Shown here piece after piece: positions 9,750-17,809 of a DNA stretch of 64,000 nucleotides; the stretch's first letter is position 1, and the number at the start of each line of letters is the position of its first letter. The translations under genes and the position numbers were made by a program. The notes below the pieces were generated by a model, which saw only the letters and a list, made by a program, of their open reading frames with translations, had not been told where the DNA came from and did not search any database. This DNA comes from a phage. The stretch is from sequence record PZ445443.1; one strand, given 5' to 3'.

Positions 9750-11020
9750 TGAGCGTTATTCAACAATTCGCTAACCCGATGAATCCGCGTGAAACTGTTT
9801 TACTGGCTCACGGCATGATTAAACGTGTCAGCATCAAGCCTATCAAAGGTGCTGATCCTACAACAGGTATTAAAACCACTGTGTGGCAAGGTAAGAAAAT
9901 TGAATCCAGCCACACCATCTCTTTACTGATTTCTGAACTGGATTCCTCTGATAACCTGCTTCAAGGTGGTGAAGAAGTCTGGATCAGTATGGGTGATAAA
10001 CTGCTTAAACCGGGTCATCAAGACTCTGTCTCTGTTAAAATTGATGACAAGTGGGAAACCGTAACACCGGGATGGATCGTAAATATCCCTTTGAAGGCAA
10101 ACGAGCATAACGGTAAGACCTATTACAAAGGCTCACTGGCTAAGATGGTCAAGCTGGGTGCAGGAGAGGCTCCAGCAGCGACTCAGCAGCAAAAACAGCA
10201 ACAAGGTGCACAATCACAAGGCCAGAAGCAGAAACCTCAGCAGAATGCCAATCAGGACGTTTTACGCATCTATGGTGATGTGACTCAGATTGTTGGCAAC
10301 GTGGTTACTGTTAATGACCACAAGATTGGCGAAGGTGCTATGGTTGTCACTGATGAGCAGCTTAAAGACCTGGTGGTAGGTGGTCGTGTTGCAGCCATTG
10401 TTGACAAAGACACCGGAAACATTATCAGTGGTTTCAAAGCCTATCCACCTAAGGCAGAGAACGGCACCCAAGGCTCTGGTGGCAAGCGTAAATCCTCTTA
10501 CGACCCTATTGGTGTGGAGACGGGACATAGCATCAATGCGTTGCAAATCATCCTAGATCGCGGGTTTAAGGTGGACGACCCACTAAGCGTGGCTAAAACA
10601 CTGCACGTAGTCACCATTGAGCTTAAGAAAGAGTATGCTCAAGCCACCAACCGAACTGAAGATGAAGTAGGTGCCAGTGTCGGTAATGCGGTGTTGAACG
10701 CTTGTCGCCGTATTGACAAGAAAACGAAAGTTGATGATTTTGCAGCGGCAATTACTGCAGAAGCAAAAGATGTCTTGACTAATCTGGCTGAGCCGTTGTA
10801 CGATTGGATCAAGAACGGTGCTGGGTCCACTGACCATCAAGAACCTCAAGCTGCCAAACAGGAAGCTGCTTCACAGCAAAATACTGTAGACGCTCCTCCT
10901 GTAAATGACGAGGAAGATGACCCGATGGGTCAGAATCCGGCGCAGTATGACTTCTGTGATGACATACCTTTCGCTCCGGTAGGTTTGCAATATGGCAAAA
11001 GTAGAATCCACGCATTGTAA
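9749..11020 (+). CDS. putative ssDNA-binding protein
   Basis: Gln/Gly-rich low-complexity linker ([20 protein letters not shown]) and acidic tail with DFCDDIPF resembling the bacterial SSB DDDIPF tip; sits in the replication module; inference only. Confidence 0.35.
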   Translation: MSVIQQFANPMNPRETVLLAHGMIKRVSIKPIKGADPTTGIKTTVWQGKKIESSHTISLLISELDSSDNLLQGGEEVWISMGDKLLKPGHQDSVSVKIDDKWETVTPGWIVNIPLKANEHNGKTYYKGSLAKMVKLGAGEAPAATQQQKQQQGAQSQGQKQKPQQNANQDVLRIYGDVTQIVGNVVTVNDHKIGEGAMVVTDEQLKDLVVGGRVAAIVDKDTGNIISGFKAYPPKAENGTQGSGGKRKSSYDPIGVETGHSINALQIILDRGFKVDDPLSVAKTLHVVTIELKKEYAQATNRTEDEVGASVGNAVLNACRRIDKKTKVDDFAAAITAEAKDVLTNLAEPLYDWIKNGAGSTDHQEPQAAKQEAASQQNTVDAPPVNDEEDDPMGQNPAQYDFCDDIPFAPVGLQYGKSRIHAL

Positions 11021-11615
11021 GAGGTGCATCAAGTGCGGAGAGGTGAAAGACCTCTCCGAGTTCTACAAACACCAAAAGATGTCTGACGGTCATCTTAATA
11101 AGTGCAAAGAGTGTTGCAAGAAGGCCAGTAGGGAGGCTGACCAATTTTCCTACGACTCTTCAGAAAAAGGTGTAATACGCGTGCTGTACAAGGCTCAAAA
11201 GTGCAACAGCAAGCAAAGAGGTCACCCGCCTCCGACTTACACCAAAAAAGAGTTTAAGGAGTGGCTATACCTAAACGGTTACAAAGAGTTGTATGATCAA
11301 TGGGTAGCCAGCGGATACGACAAAAGGAAAAAGCCTTCTTGTGACAGGATAGATGATTTCAAAGGGTACTCTTTTGATAATATCCGTTTAACGACTTGGG
11401 GAGAAAATAAAGACAAGCAGACAGAGGATATTCTGTTGCATAGAAGCACCAGCGGTAGACGGTGTAAAAATGTAAGGAGGCTGGACATGAATGGCAACGT
11501 TCTTAAAGAATGGGTGTCCCACAACTCTTGTAGAAGAGAAACCGGAATATGTGTTGATTACTACATTCATGAAAAAATTCCAGCCCCAGATGGATACCTC
11601 TATGAATACTTTTAG
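10992..11615 (+). CDS. putative HNH-family endonuclease
   Basis: N-terminal Cys cluster (CKRCIKCG...CKECC) and C-terminal [23 protein letters not shown] resembling HNH_3-type motifs. Confidence 0.4.
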   Translation: MAKVESTHCKRCIKCGEVKDLSEFYKHQKMSDGHLNKCKECCKKASREADQFSYDSSEKGVIRVLYKAQKCNSKQRGHPPPTYTKKEFKEWLYLNGYKELYDQWVASGYDKRKKPSCDRIDDFKGYSFDNIRLTTWGENKDKQTEDILLHRSTSGRRCKNVRRLDMNGNVLKEWVSHNSCRRETGICVDYYIHEKIPAPDGYLYEYF

Positions 11616-11630
11616 CACCTAACTAACATA

Positions 11631-11658
11631 GCCCTGCCCGAAAGGGTGGGGCATTTTT
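11631..11658 (+). terminator. rho-independent terminator
   Basis: Exact copy of the 857 hairpin GCCCTGCCC-GAAA-GGGTGGGGC followed by ATTTTT. Confidence 0.7.
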
Positions 11659-11677
11659 GTATAAGGAGATCTGAAAA

Positions 11678-12094
11678 ATGACATTAGAAGATATCATTGT
11701 TAAGCCTGAGAACTATGACCAATACAACCTGTCAACTCAATCTGTAGACCTTGGATGCGCCACGGTCAGTGCGTGGCTGGTTAACGGAAAAGAGCTGGAT
11801 AAATGCTTAGAAGCTCACATGTCTATTAACAAGTTTCTGGATGAAAATACTCACTGGCTTGATGGTGCAGGCGTATATGCTTCATGGTTGGAGAGTATGG
11901 GATTCGACTACCAATCTGAAGAGGGGTGGTGGAGCTATTTAGCTATCTGTCCAGAGACGCTACAATGCTTCATGAAATATTCTGAAGATTTGGAGTACCG
12001 GGCGGTGGTTGATAGTGCTATTGCCCGTTATAGCCGTAAACCTTTTTCCCACGACATTAAAACTGTGGAAGAATTTGTTGAAGTTTTCTGTTGA
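11678..12094 (+). CDS. hypothetical protein
   Basis: ATG after AAGGAGA RBS. Confidence 0.55.
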   Translation: MTLEDIIVKPENYDQYNLSTQSVDLGCATVSAWLVNGKELDKCLEAHMSINKFLDENTHWLDGAGVYASWLESMGFDYQSEEGWWSYLAICPETLQCFMKYSEDLEYRAVVDSAIARYSRKPFSHDIKTVEEFVEVFC

Positions 12095-12122
12095 CATAGA
12101 TTGAAAGGTGTGCAATTATAAC
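12091..12122 (+). promoter_or_regulatory. putative sigma70-like promoter
   Basis: TTGACA (12091-12096) with weak AATTAT/TATAAC -10 candidates. Confidence 0.35.
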
Positions 12123-12190
12123 TTCATAGAACGGGAGGACGTGATGAACGAAGAAAACTGGGATGTATAACTAACAGGAGGCCACTGCCC

Positions 12191-12388
12191 ATGATTTATC
12201 GAATCCGTGTAAGAGAAGATGCACCAGGCTGTTACTTTGACTGGCGTGGGTGGTGGTTTCTCCACCCAATGGATGGACTCACAGATAGAATGCTGGATGC
12301 TGCCCTTTACACAGATACCGACATAGAATATAATCTCTATCTGAAGGACGGTATAGATAACGGCCTGTTTGAAGCAATTCCTGCGTAA
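12191..12388 (+). CDS. hypothetical protein
   Basis: ATG after AGGAGG RBS. Confidence 0.5.
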   Translation: MIYRIRVREDAPGCYFDWRGWWFLHPMDGLTDRMLDAALYTDTDIEYNLYLKDGIDNGLFEAIPA

Positions 12389-12456
12389 GAGACTGTGATA
12401 GCTATGTTTTATGATCTTCCTGTAGCGCCACCACCTGTTGAACCCGGAGAACTAAG

Positions 12457-12882
12457 ATGATCTATGAAATGCCAAAACTGATTCGTGACGATGCCCAAAA
12501 CGCTCACACCATTATTATGGGCAAACGCATGGATATTATTTGTCATAAAGATTTCTGGGAAGGAAGTTACTTCACAGAGTATTTTGGTAAACTGGACAAT
12601 GGTCTGCTGATCCAGTTCTACACCGATGCGGAAAACAACATTACCTGGGAGTTCGAAACTGAAGATGTCCATAAACTTTTCACCTTCCTCGGTATTAAGG
12701 TTAAGGCCAAGTTTGAAGAAGGTGAGTGCGACGATTGTGGATTTTATGAGGTAACAGATTTCTACCTTCCTAGCGGTAAGAACCTTTACTATGAAAGCCA
12801 CTTCGGTAACTCCAATATGCCACAGTGCTGGACTGAGTTTTTTGAAATTGCGGAAGAGGAGCTGGCTTACCGTGATTATTGA
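12457..12882 (+). CDS. hypothetical protein
   Basis: ATG after CGGAGAA RBS; directly upstream of and overlapping the macrodomain gene. Confidence 0.5.
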   Translation: MIYEMPKLIRDDAQNAHTIIMGKRMDIICHKDFWEGSYFTEYFGKLDNGLLIQFYTDAENNITWEFETEDVHKLFTFLGIKVKAKFEEGECDDCGFYEVTDFYLPSGKNLYYESHFGNSNMPQCWTEFFEIAEEELAYRDY

Positions 12883-13330
12883 TACTGTGGAGGGAGATTT
12901 AATCTCCCTTTTTAAGATCGGTGCTGGTCACCTGATCCACGGTTGTAACTGCTTCCACACAATGGGCAAGGGTATAGCAAAACAGATTGCCCGTGAGTTT
13001 CCTCAAGCACTGTCAGCCGACAAAGAGACTAGATACGGTTGCCTAAGTAAACTGGGTGCGTTCTCCCGATGGGAGCACTTATCTCCGATAGGTATTGTCT
13101 ACGGAATCAATCTATATACCCAGTTCTACCCAGGACCTAATGCTGAGTATTTCTCAATCCTGAAAGGCTTTGAGCTAGTCAATGAAGTATTCAGCGGATC
13201 GACTTTACCATTCTACATCCCTAAGATCGGGTGCGGCATAGGCGGTTTGAAGTGGGAACACGTAGAGGACGTTATCAACCTTGCCACTTTCGACATAGAT
13301 ATTGTCGTGGTGGAGTACAAAAAGTGTTGA
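12872..13330 (+). CDS. macrodomain protein, DarG/TARG1-like ADP-ribosyl hydrolase
   Basis: GDLISLFKIGAGHLIHGCNCFHTMGKGIAKQIAREFP and PKIGCGIGGLKWEHVED match the DarG macrodomain segments [25 protein letters not shown] and PPLGVGNGGLDWEDVE; start set at GTG 12872 after GAGGAG. Confidence 0.8.
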   Translation: MIIDTVEGDLISLFKIGAGHLIHGCNCFHTMGKGIAKQIAREFPQALSADKETRYGCLSKLGAFSRWEHLSPIGIVYGINLYTQFYPGPNAEYFSILKGFELVNEVFSGSTLPFYIPKIGCGIGGLKWEHVEDVINLATFDIDIVVVEYKKC

Positions 13331-13355
13331 CGACCATCTTCTGAGGTGATATAGT
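13327..13355 (+). promoter_or_regulatory. sigma70-like promoter
   Basis: TTGACG, 17 bp spacer, TATAGT. Confidence 0.45.
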
Positions 13356-13384
13356 TTCCACGACAACTAAGAGAGGAGAGCACT

Positions 13385-13555
13385 GTGGAGACTAAAATCT
13401 TAATTCTTGCTGTGGTAGATACAACCGAAGGAGCTATATTCGAATCTGCAGGAGGGTATTTCTACCTACCATACGGAAAAAGAACTTCCGAGCCAAGTAA
13501 AGATTCAATCCTCAAAGTGTTCCCGTGTGCTTTCTGGCTGGAGATTTTGGTATAA
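13385..13555 (+). CDS. hypothetical small protein (56 aa)
   Basis: GTG start after AGAGGAGAG RBS, downstream of promoter 13327; below the 60 aa ORF-track cutoff. Confidence 0.35.
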   Translation: METKILILAVVDTTEGAIFESAGGYFYLPYGKRTSEPSKDSILKVFPCAFWLEILV

Positions 13556-13581
13556 GATTGCAGAGGATTTGGGAGAGAATT

Positions 13582-13776
13582 ATGAGAAACAAGAAAGAAC
13601 TTTACTCTGGTGAGTGGATCAACGATCAACAGGTGGGAGAGGTAACCTGCTTCCGATGTTTTACCAGGTACAATCTTAAAACTGCACCAAAAAGTGTTCC
13701 AAAGACTGACGGTTACTACATAAAAGAACCTCATTGCCCAAAATGTAAATGCCGATTGTACTGGAGCAATCTGTAA
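13582..13776 (+). CDS. zinc-ribbon protein
   Basis: CFRCF...CPKCKC Cys pairs; ATG after GGGAGAG RBS. Confidence 0.45.
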   Translation: MRNKKELYSGEWINDQQVGEVTCFRCFTRYNLKTAPKSVPKTDGYYIKEPHCPKCKCRLYWSNL

Positions 13777-13780
13777 GAGG

Positions 13781-13808
13781 TTGACATCTGAAAACTGCAG
13801 TGTATAAT
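13781..13808 (+). promoter_or_regulatory. sigma70-like promoter
   Basis: TTGACA, 16 bp spacer, TATAAT with TG extension. Confidence 0.6.
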
Positions 13809-13839
13809 ATACGCATAAACTAACAGAGGGCGATGTATT

Positions 13840-14031
13840 ATGGTAATTTTTAACCGGGATGGTATCATAGTTAGACAGCACCCGTTCCTTGAATACTATC
13901 AAATTGAGCAATGGTGCTACGGGGATTGCAGTCACTCCTATGGGCAAAGTTGGGGATATCGTACAGTTTTTGAATCCACAGACCTTGACAAAGTAAAACA
14001 GAAAGTTTTAGAACTTCTTAACAACAAGTGA
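13840..14031 (+). CDS. hypothetical protein
   Basis: ORF downstream of promoter 13781. Confidence 0.5.
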   Translation: MVIFNRDGIIVRQHPFLEYYQIEQWCYGDCSHSYGQSWGYRTVFESTDLDKVKQKVLELLNNK

Positions 14032-14041
14032 GTATCGTGCC

Positions 14042-14374
14042 ATGGTAACATTGGAAAGACGTAAAGCTATTGCCGCCACACTGGCAGACATCTTTTGGGA
14101 TTGTAATTTAAAATCTACCCGAAATTGTGGTGCATCTGTAGATGTATTATTCCCACGGCCTACTATTGTTGCAATGGGCAACCTGCTCGATGTGGTATAT
14201 GGAGCATGGGACAAGGAAGGTGGATTCTATATCTGGCAACCTGACTACGGGACTTGGAAAGAGGTTAGTGGTTCTTCGGACTTCACTCCTGCAGTGGCTA
14301 AAATGGATGGCTGGAAAATCTATGTCGGTAACGACATGGAACTGAAAGGCGAAATTGTTTACTGGTTACCTTAA
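14042..14374 (+). CDS. hypothetical protein
   Basis: Co-oriented ORF, compact spacing. Confidence 0.45.
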   Translation: MVTLERRKAIAATLADIFWDCNLKSTRNCGASVDVLFPRPTIVAMGNLLDVVYGAWDKEGGFYIWQPDYGTWKEVSGSSDFTPAVAKMDGWKIYVGNDMELKGEIVYWLP

Positions 14375-14395
14375 GAAAGTCCAGGAGATAAAGTT

Positions 14396-14641
14396 ATGAA
14401 CAAAGGGTGGACATTTGTAGACGGCGTTAAAAACATGCCTCTAGGAAAGTATATTGTAGCCATGGCAGATGAGAATGGCAAGGTGGATTTCGGAGTTTGC
14501 GAGGTTGTTCTTGCAGGATCTGGTGACTATGCTCACAAAACTGGGATAATTAACGGTCATTTCTACTTTGATTACAACCCTGTTGTGGCGTATATGGCTA
14601 TGCCAGAGTTAGAGCTCCCAAAGGAGGGTGCAGATGTTTAA
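14396..14641 (+). CDS. hypothetical protein
   Basis: ATG after CAGGAGA RBS. Confidence 0.5.
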   Translation: MNKGWTFVDGVKNMPLGKYIVAMADENGKVDFGVCEVVLAGSGDYAHKTGIINGHFYFDYNPVVAYMAMPELELPKEGADV

Positions 14642-14831
14642 GCTTAAATCTGCATGGAACATCGCTGTAGGGGACGAGATCCGCATCCCAGGTGGAAAGA
14701 CCATTATGAAGATATCACGTATCGAGTATGAAGGTGATCGTGTATTTCATATCTTTGCAGAAGATGGTCGAGAAATTTATATACAGGCAGGCTCTCACAT
14801 CTATATCCGTAAGAAAGGGGACGACAAATGA
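14628..14831 (+). CDS. hypothetical protein
   Basis: Co-oriented ORF overlapping neighbours by a few nt. Confidence 0.45.
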   Translation: MQMFKLKSAWNIAVGDEIRIPGGKTIMKISRIEYEGDRVFHIFAEDGREIYIQAGSHIYIRKKGDDK

Positions 14832-15160
14832 CAGAGATCATCGTTTCAACTGCAGGGTATGTATTCCTGACAATCATTGCGCTGGCTATTCTGGTGGCGG
14901 TGTATGGATTTGTTATCCTGCCTATTCTTGAGACATTTAGTTTGTGTCGGTGTTGGAGAAAAGCTTACGGACCACAACCGTGGAAAGACTGGTTCCATTT
15001 GGTGCGTATAGCGTTCTCTTATGCCTATGACCACTCCAGCAGTGCATGCGTAACCGGGTACCATGCCTACAACTGGAACTGGGAAGGTGTGGGAAGGTGG
15101 ACTGTTACAAAAACTATACCCTTGCGTTTATATAAAGGAAAGAACAAACTGGGCACCTGA
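14828..15160 (+). CDS. putative membrane protein
   Basis: Hydrophobic stretch IVSTAGYVFLTIIALAILVAVYGFVILPIL; ATGA overlap with upstream gene. Confidence 0.45.
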   Translation: MTEIIVSTAGYVFLTIIALAILVAVYGFVILPILETFSLCRCWRKAYGPQPWKDWFHLVRIAFSYAYDHSSSACVTGYHAYNWNWEGVGRWTVTKTIPLRLYKGKNKLGT

Positions 15161-15187
15161 TATTTTTAAATTGCCAAGTTGCCAGAA

Positions 15188-15228
15188 ATCAGGAGAATTT
15201 CTAAAATGGATTTTCTCCTGATATTTTG
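15188..15228 (+). terminator. putative intrinsic terminator
   Basis: 10 bp inverted repeat ATCAGGAGAA/TTCTCCTGAT followed by ATATTTTG, just after the last gene of the sub-block. Confidence 0.4.
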
Positions 15229-15469
15229 AACACATAGATATTTTAAAATTCTTAGAAAATCAGAAAATGGATCGAAAACTAAAATGGATTTTTTCAACAC
15301 AGGCGCGGAAAATTGTGCCAATCTATCTAGCCGTTTGCACCATATTCGAGATCACCGTTCCAGATTTCCTACACATACACACCTCTCCACCATACCTTTC
15401 TCCACTCACTCTTAGTGATTTATGACGGAAAACCCATCACTATCTTGAAGTTGCGGTGCAGTTTTCCAA

Positions 15470-15556
15470 GTACTCGATCTGTTTTTCGTTTCAAAGATTG
15501 AATTTTCTGAAAATTTTTCTCGATAAATTTCTCAGTACTCGATCTGTTTTTCGTTT
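15470..15556. repeat. direct repeats AGTACTCGATCTGTTTTTCGTTT (two copies, 65 bp apart)
   Basis: Identical 21-23 nt copies at about 15470 and 15535 inside a non-coding AT-rich region with further AAAATGGAT repeats. Confidence 0.6.
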
Positions 15557-15761
15557 TCTGAATCGGATTTTCTGGAAATCGTTCCGGCTCTCGACCTGAA
15601 ATTTTTGGGGACGAAATCGATTTTTCGTTTTCAGAAATGGATTTTTAAAATTTCTATATAGGAATATTTTAGTGGATACTATTTTATAGGAAATTGTTAC
15701 GGAGGGTAATTAGCGTGCTAATTAAATTTATTAAATGTGAGGAGTTCTCATTTAGAATTTT

Positions 15762-15778
15762 GAATGATAATCATTCTC
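15762..15778. promoter_or_regulatory. Fur-box-like palindrome
   Basis: GAATGATAATCATTCTC matches GATAATGATAATCATTATC at 15 of 16 aligned positions. Confidence 0.4.
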
Positions 15779-15892
15779 GTTTGCAGAATAACGGGCAGGC
15801 CCGGTGATTGTCTCCCGGCCCCTGTTGCCCCGGCTTGTTATTATAGTATCACACAGGACAAAGAAAGCAAGGATTTTTTGCATAAATTTTTA

Positions 15893-15917
15893 AATGATAA
15901 TGATAACCGTTCTCATT
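15893..15917. promoter_or_regulatory. Fur-box-like site
   Basis: AATGATAATGATAACCGTTCTCATT contains GATAATGATAA (about 16 of 19 to Fur consensus); second copy of a diverged tandem unit. Confidence 0.35.
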
Positions 15918-16302
15918 TTATGCAGCGCCCATCCCCGGTGGTTGTCTCCCCCGTCACCGGTGCCTGCCGTCCTTTCGATAGGTATATTGTGCTACCTGGC
16001 GGGGCCGCTGTCAACACCTTTCAAAAAAAAAATTATAACCAGGTGCGCCCACTGCCAGTACCTGGCGGGGCCAACCTGGCAGGTCCGCGCTATAAAGTGA
16101 ACAGATGAAGAAGAGGTACATAAATGAAAGGTAATATGATCCCCTGGAAAATGTAGCTATTAATGACGCTGAGGCTATCGCCCTGGTTGAAAAGGCTATG
16201 GCGGGAGCGTTGGAACATAAAGAAGAGTACGAAAAAATGATGGTTAACCTGGCAGGGGCGGCGGCTGGAGAATTCTGCCCAAAAAATAATTTTAACTAAT
16301 GG

Positions 16303-16331
16303 TTGACAGCTCGGACAGTTCTTGTTATTCT
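16303..16331 (+). promoter_or_regulatory. sigma70-like promoter
   Basis: TTGACA, 17 bp spacer, TATTCT. Confidence 0.5.
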
Positions 16332-16383
16332 TATCCTCGCAAGGTGAACAACACCACACTAATTAACAGAGAGGATAAAAATC

Positions 16384-16581
16384 ATGAACGCCTACGGAAT
16401 CAAAGTACGTCGCAGCACTCGCCAGGTGGTCACCGATCAAATGGTTTGCCGGGTGGATGTAACCATCAACAACGGGCAAGGCCTTTATAAATTTCGTCGC
16501 GGTCATAGCTATACCCTGCAACAGCTTAACCGTTGCTCCCTGACAAAAGGTCAGATCAACCACTGGTTTAATAAAAAATAA
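16384..16581 (+). CDS. hypothetical protein
   Basis: ATG after AGAGAGGA RBS, downstream of promoter. Confidence 0.55.
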   Translation: MNAYGIKVRRSTRQVVTDQMVCRVDVTINNGQGLYKFRRGHSYTLQQLNRCSLTKGQINHWFNKK

Positions 16582-16584
16582 ATA

Positions 16585-16613
16585 TTGACATGTGGTCTGA
16601 CACAAAATATACT
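16585..16613 (+). promoter_or_regulatory. sigma70-like promoter
   Basis: TTGACA, 17 bp spacer, TATACT. Confidence 0.55.
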
Positions 16614-16645
16614 GAAATCACAAAAGACACTAAGAGGATAAAATC

Positions 16646-17044
16646 ATGAAAACCACAACCTTTAATTTTGATAATGCCGACTTCTCTTTTTCTGATGTTA
16701 AAAGCTGCCGCCGTGATCGCGGATTCTACAAGGCCTATAATCTGGTGGGCCTGGACGATGACAATAATTTGCACGAAGTAGCTGAGATCCGGTATTATGC
16801 CGCCGCCAGCGGTAACACTCATTACTGTGTATTTTGGATTCACGACAACAAGAACAATAAGTACGGTTATACTGGCGGCAAGGCGAGCGGTCACGGTTAT
16901 GATAAAGCCAACGCTGCACTTGAAAGCGCATTAAGTGCCATGGGAATCACTGCCGACGGCTGGATCTATGAAGAAGAGTTTTTGGCGGCACTTGCTAACC
17001 ACTTGGGCTATAAAAAGCACATTGTAACATGCGCCCACGAATAA
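16646..17044 (+). CDS. hypothetical protein
   Basis: ATG after TAAGAGGA RBS. Confidence 0.55.
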   Translation: MKTTTFNFDNADFSFSDVKSCRRDRGFYKAYNLVGLDDDNNLHEVAEIRYYAAASGNTHYCVFWIHDNKNNKYGYTGGKASGHGYDKANAALESALSAMGITADGWIYEEEFLAALANHLGYKKHIVTCAHE

Positions 17045-17058
17045 AAAAAAAAAAATTA

Positions 17059-17086
17059 TTGACACGCTGCAAAATTCAAGTAAACT
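17059..17086 (+). promoter_or_regulatory. sigma70-like promoter with upstream A-tract
   Basis: A12 tract, TTGACA, 16 bp spacer, TAAACT; followed by hairpin GGCGGGAAACATCCCGCC. Confidence 0.55.
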
Positions 17087-17131
17087 AGGCACAAAAGGCG
17101 GGAAACATCCCGCCAACACAGAGGAAAAGCT

Positions 17132-17527
17132 ATGAATAAGAACGTACGCCGCATCATGAACGAACTGGCAAACGATGAAAAAATTATTGACATGCATTTG
17201 GTCAACATTTGCCGCCGTTGTGTAACATATAACAACCGCGCCGCAAAAGCGCGTGAGATGAACGCAAAAGGCACCTTAAAGCCCTTTCAGGTGGTTGTAA
17301 AATCTATAACTAATGCAGCAGGCCAGGCGCATGATCACAACAACGAGAGCACTAATATTGATCCGTCTTACGTAATGAAACGGATCCGGACTTGCAAGAA
17401 TAAAGAGCAGGTGTATAACGTCATAGATTGGCTTGATTCCATGGGCGACGTGGTTTATAATAGGTTTTCTGCAGCTATCGAGATCCAGCTTGACAGGTTG
17501 GACGGGAAAGTACTAAAAACTTATTAA
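17132..17527 (+). CDS. hypothetical protein
   Basis: ATG after AGAGGAAAAG RBS. Confidence 0.55.
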   Translation: MNKNVRRIMNELANDEKIIDMHLVNICRRCVTYNNRAAKAREMNAKGTLKPFQVVVKSITNAAGQAHDHNNESTNIDPSYVMKRIRTCKNKEQVYNVIDWLDSMGDVVYNRFSAAIEIQLDRLDGKVLKTY

Positions 17528-17528
17528 G

Positions 17529-17576
17529 CTTATTTTTAGATGGCCTTGACTCCAGGGCCATCAATAAAGTAAACTA
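17529..17576 (+). promoter_or_regulatory. repeated promoter/operator-like cassette, copy 1
   Basis: TTATTTTTAGATGGCCTTGACTCCAGGGCCATCAATAAAGTAAACT: T-rich tract, TTGACT, imperfect inverted repeat, TAAACT 18 bp downstream. Confidence 0.45.
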
Positions 17577-17608
17577 ACCACAGTTAAGCGGAAAAGGGGG
17601 GCTTGAAG

Positions 17609-17728
17609 ATGAGTACTACACGCCAACACACAAAGGTAACTATTATCGTTTGCATCATTGGTTACATCCTGGCGCAAATGTTGATGGGTAGCGCCAATGA
17701 TTTCGCAAAATTTTTCTTAAACTTTTAA
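17609..17728 (+). CDS. small hydrophobic peptide (39 aa)
   Basis: ATG after AAAAGGGGGG RBS; MSTTRQHTKVTIIVCIIGYILAQMLMGSANDFAKFFLNF; below ORF-track cutoff. Confidence 0.4.
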   Translation: MSTTRQHTKVTIIVCIIGYILAQMLMGSANDFAKFFLNF

Positions 17729-17756
17729 TTGACAAGCTAACTTAAATCAGTATAAT
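17729..17756 (+). promoter_or_regulatory. sigma70-like promoter
   Basis: TTGACA, 16 bp spacer, TATAAT. Confidence 0.6.
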
Positions 17757-17809
17757 ACTAAGCACATAAACGGGAAAACTTCCCAGAACACACAAAAGGA
17801 GAAAACATT

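Noticed and set aside
13425-13445. tRNA T-loop-like TTCGAATC motif
   Set aside because: No flanking acceptor or D/anticodon stems could be built; the motif lies inside a small ORF with a good RBS. No tRNA called; tRNAscan-SE would settle it.
15161-15700. Possible CRISPR array suggested by repeated AAAATGGAT and AGTACTCGATCTG elements
   Set aside because: Repeats are short, AT-rich and irregularly spaced, with no uniform repeat-spacer architecture and no cas genes.
15764-16108. 114 aa ORF (and nested 15894-16100 ORF) in the non-coding region
   Set aside because: The translation is Pro/Gly/Ala-rich simply because the frame reads through the GC-rich tandem units; there is no RBS and it overlaps the Fur-box-like palindromes. 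Treated as non-coding.
16198-16299. 33-codon ORF MAGALEHKEEYEKMMVNLAGAAAGEFCPKNNFN
   Set aside because: Protein-like composition, but the RBS is only 2 nt from the ATG and no promoter is evident; left unannotated pending ribosome-profiling evidence.
17529-17576. 45 bp cassette interpreted as an intrinsic terminator
   Set aside because: The T-tract lies upstream of the inverted repeat on the coding strand and the stem is imperfect. A promoter/operator reading fits better, though terminator function is not excluded.
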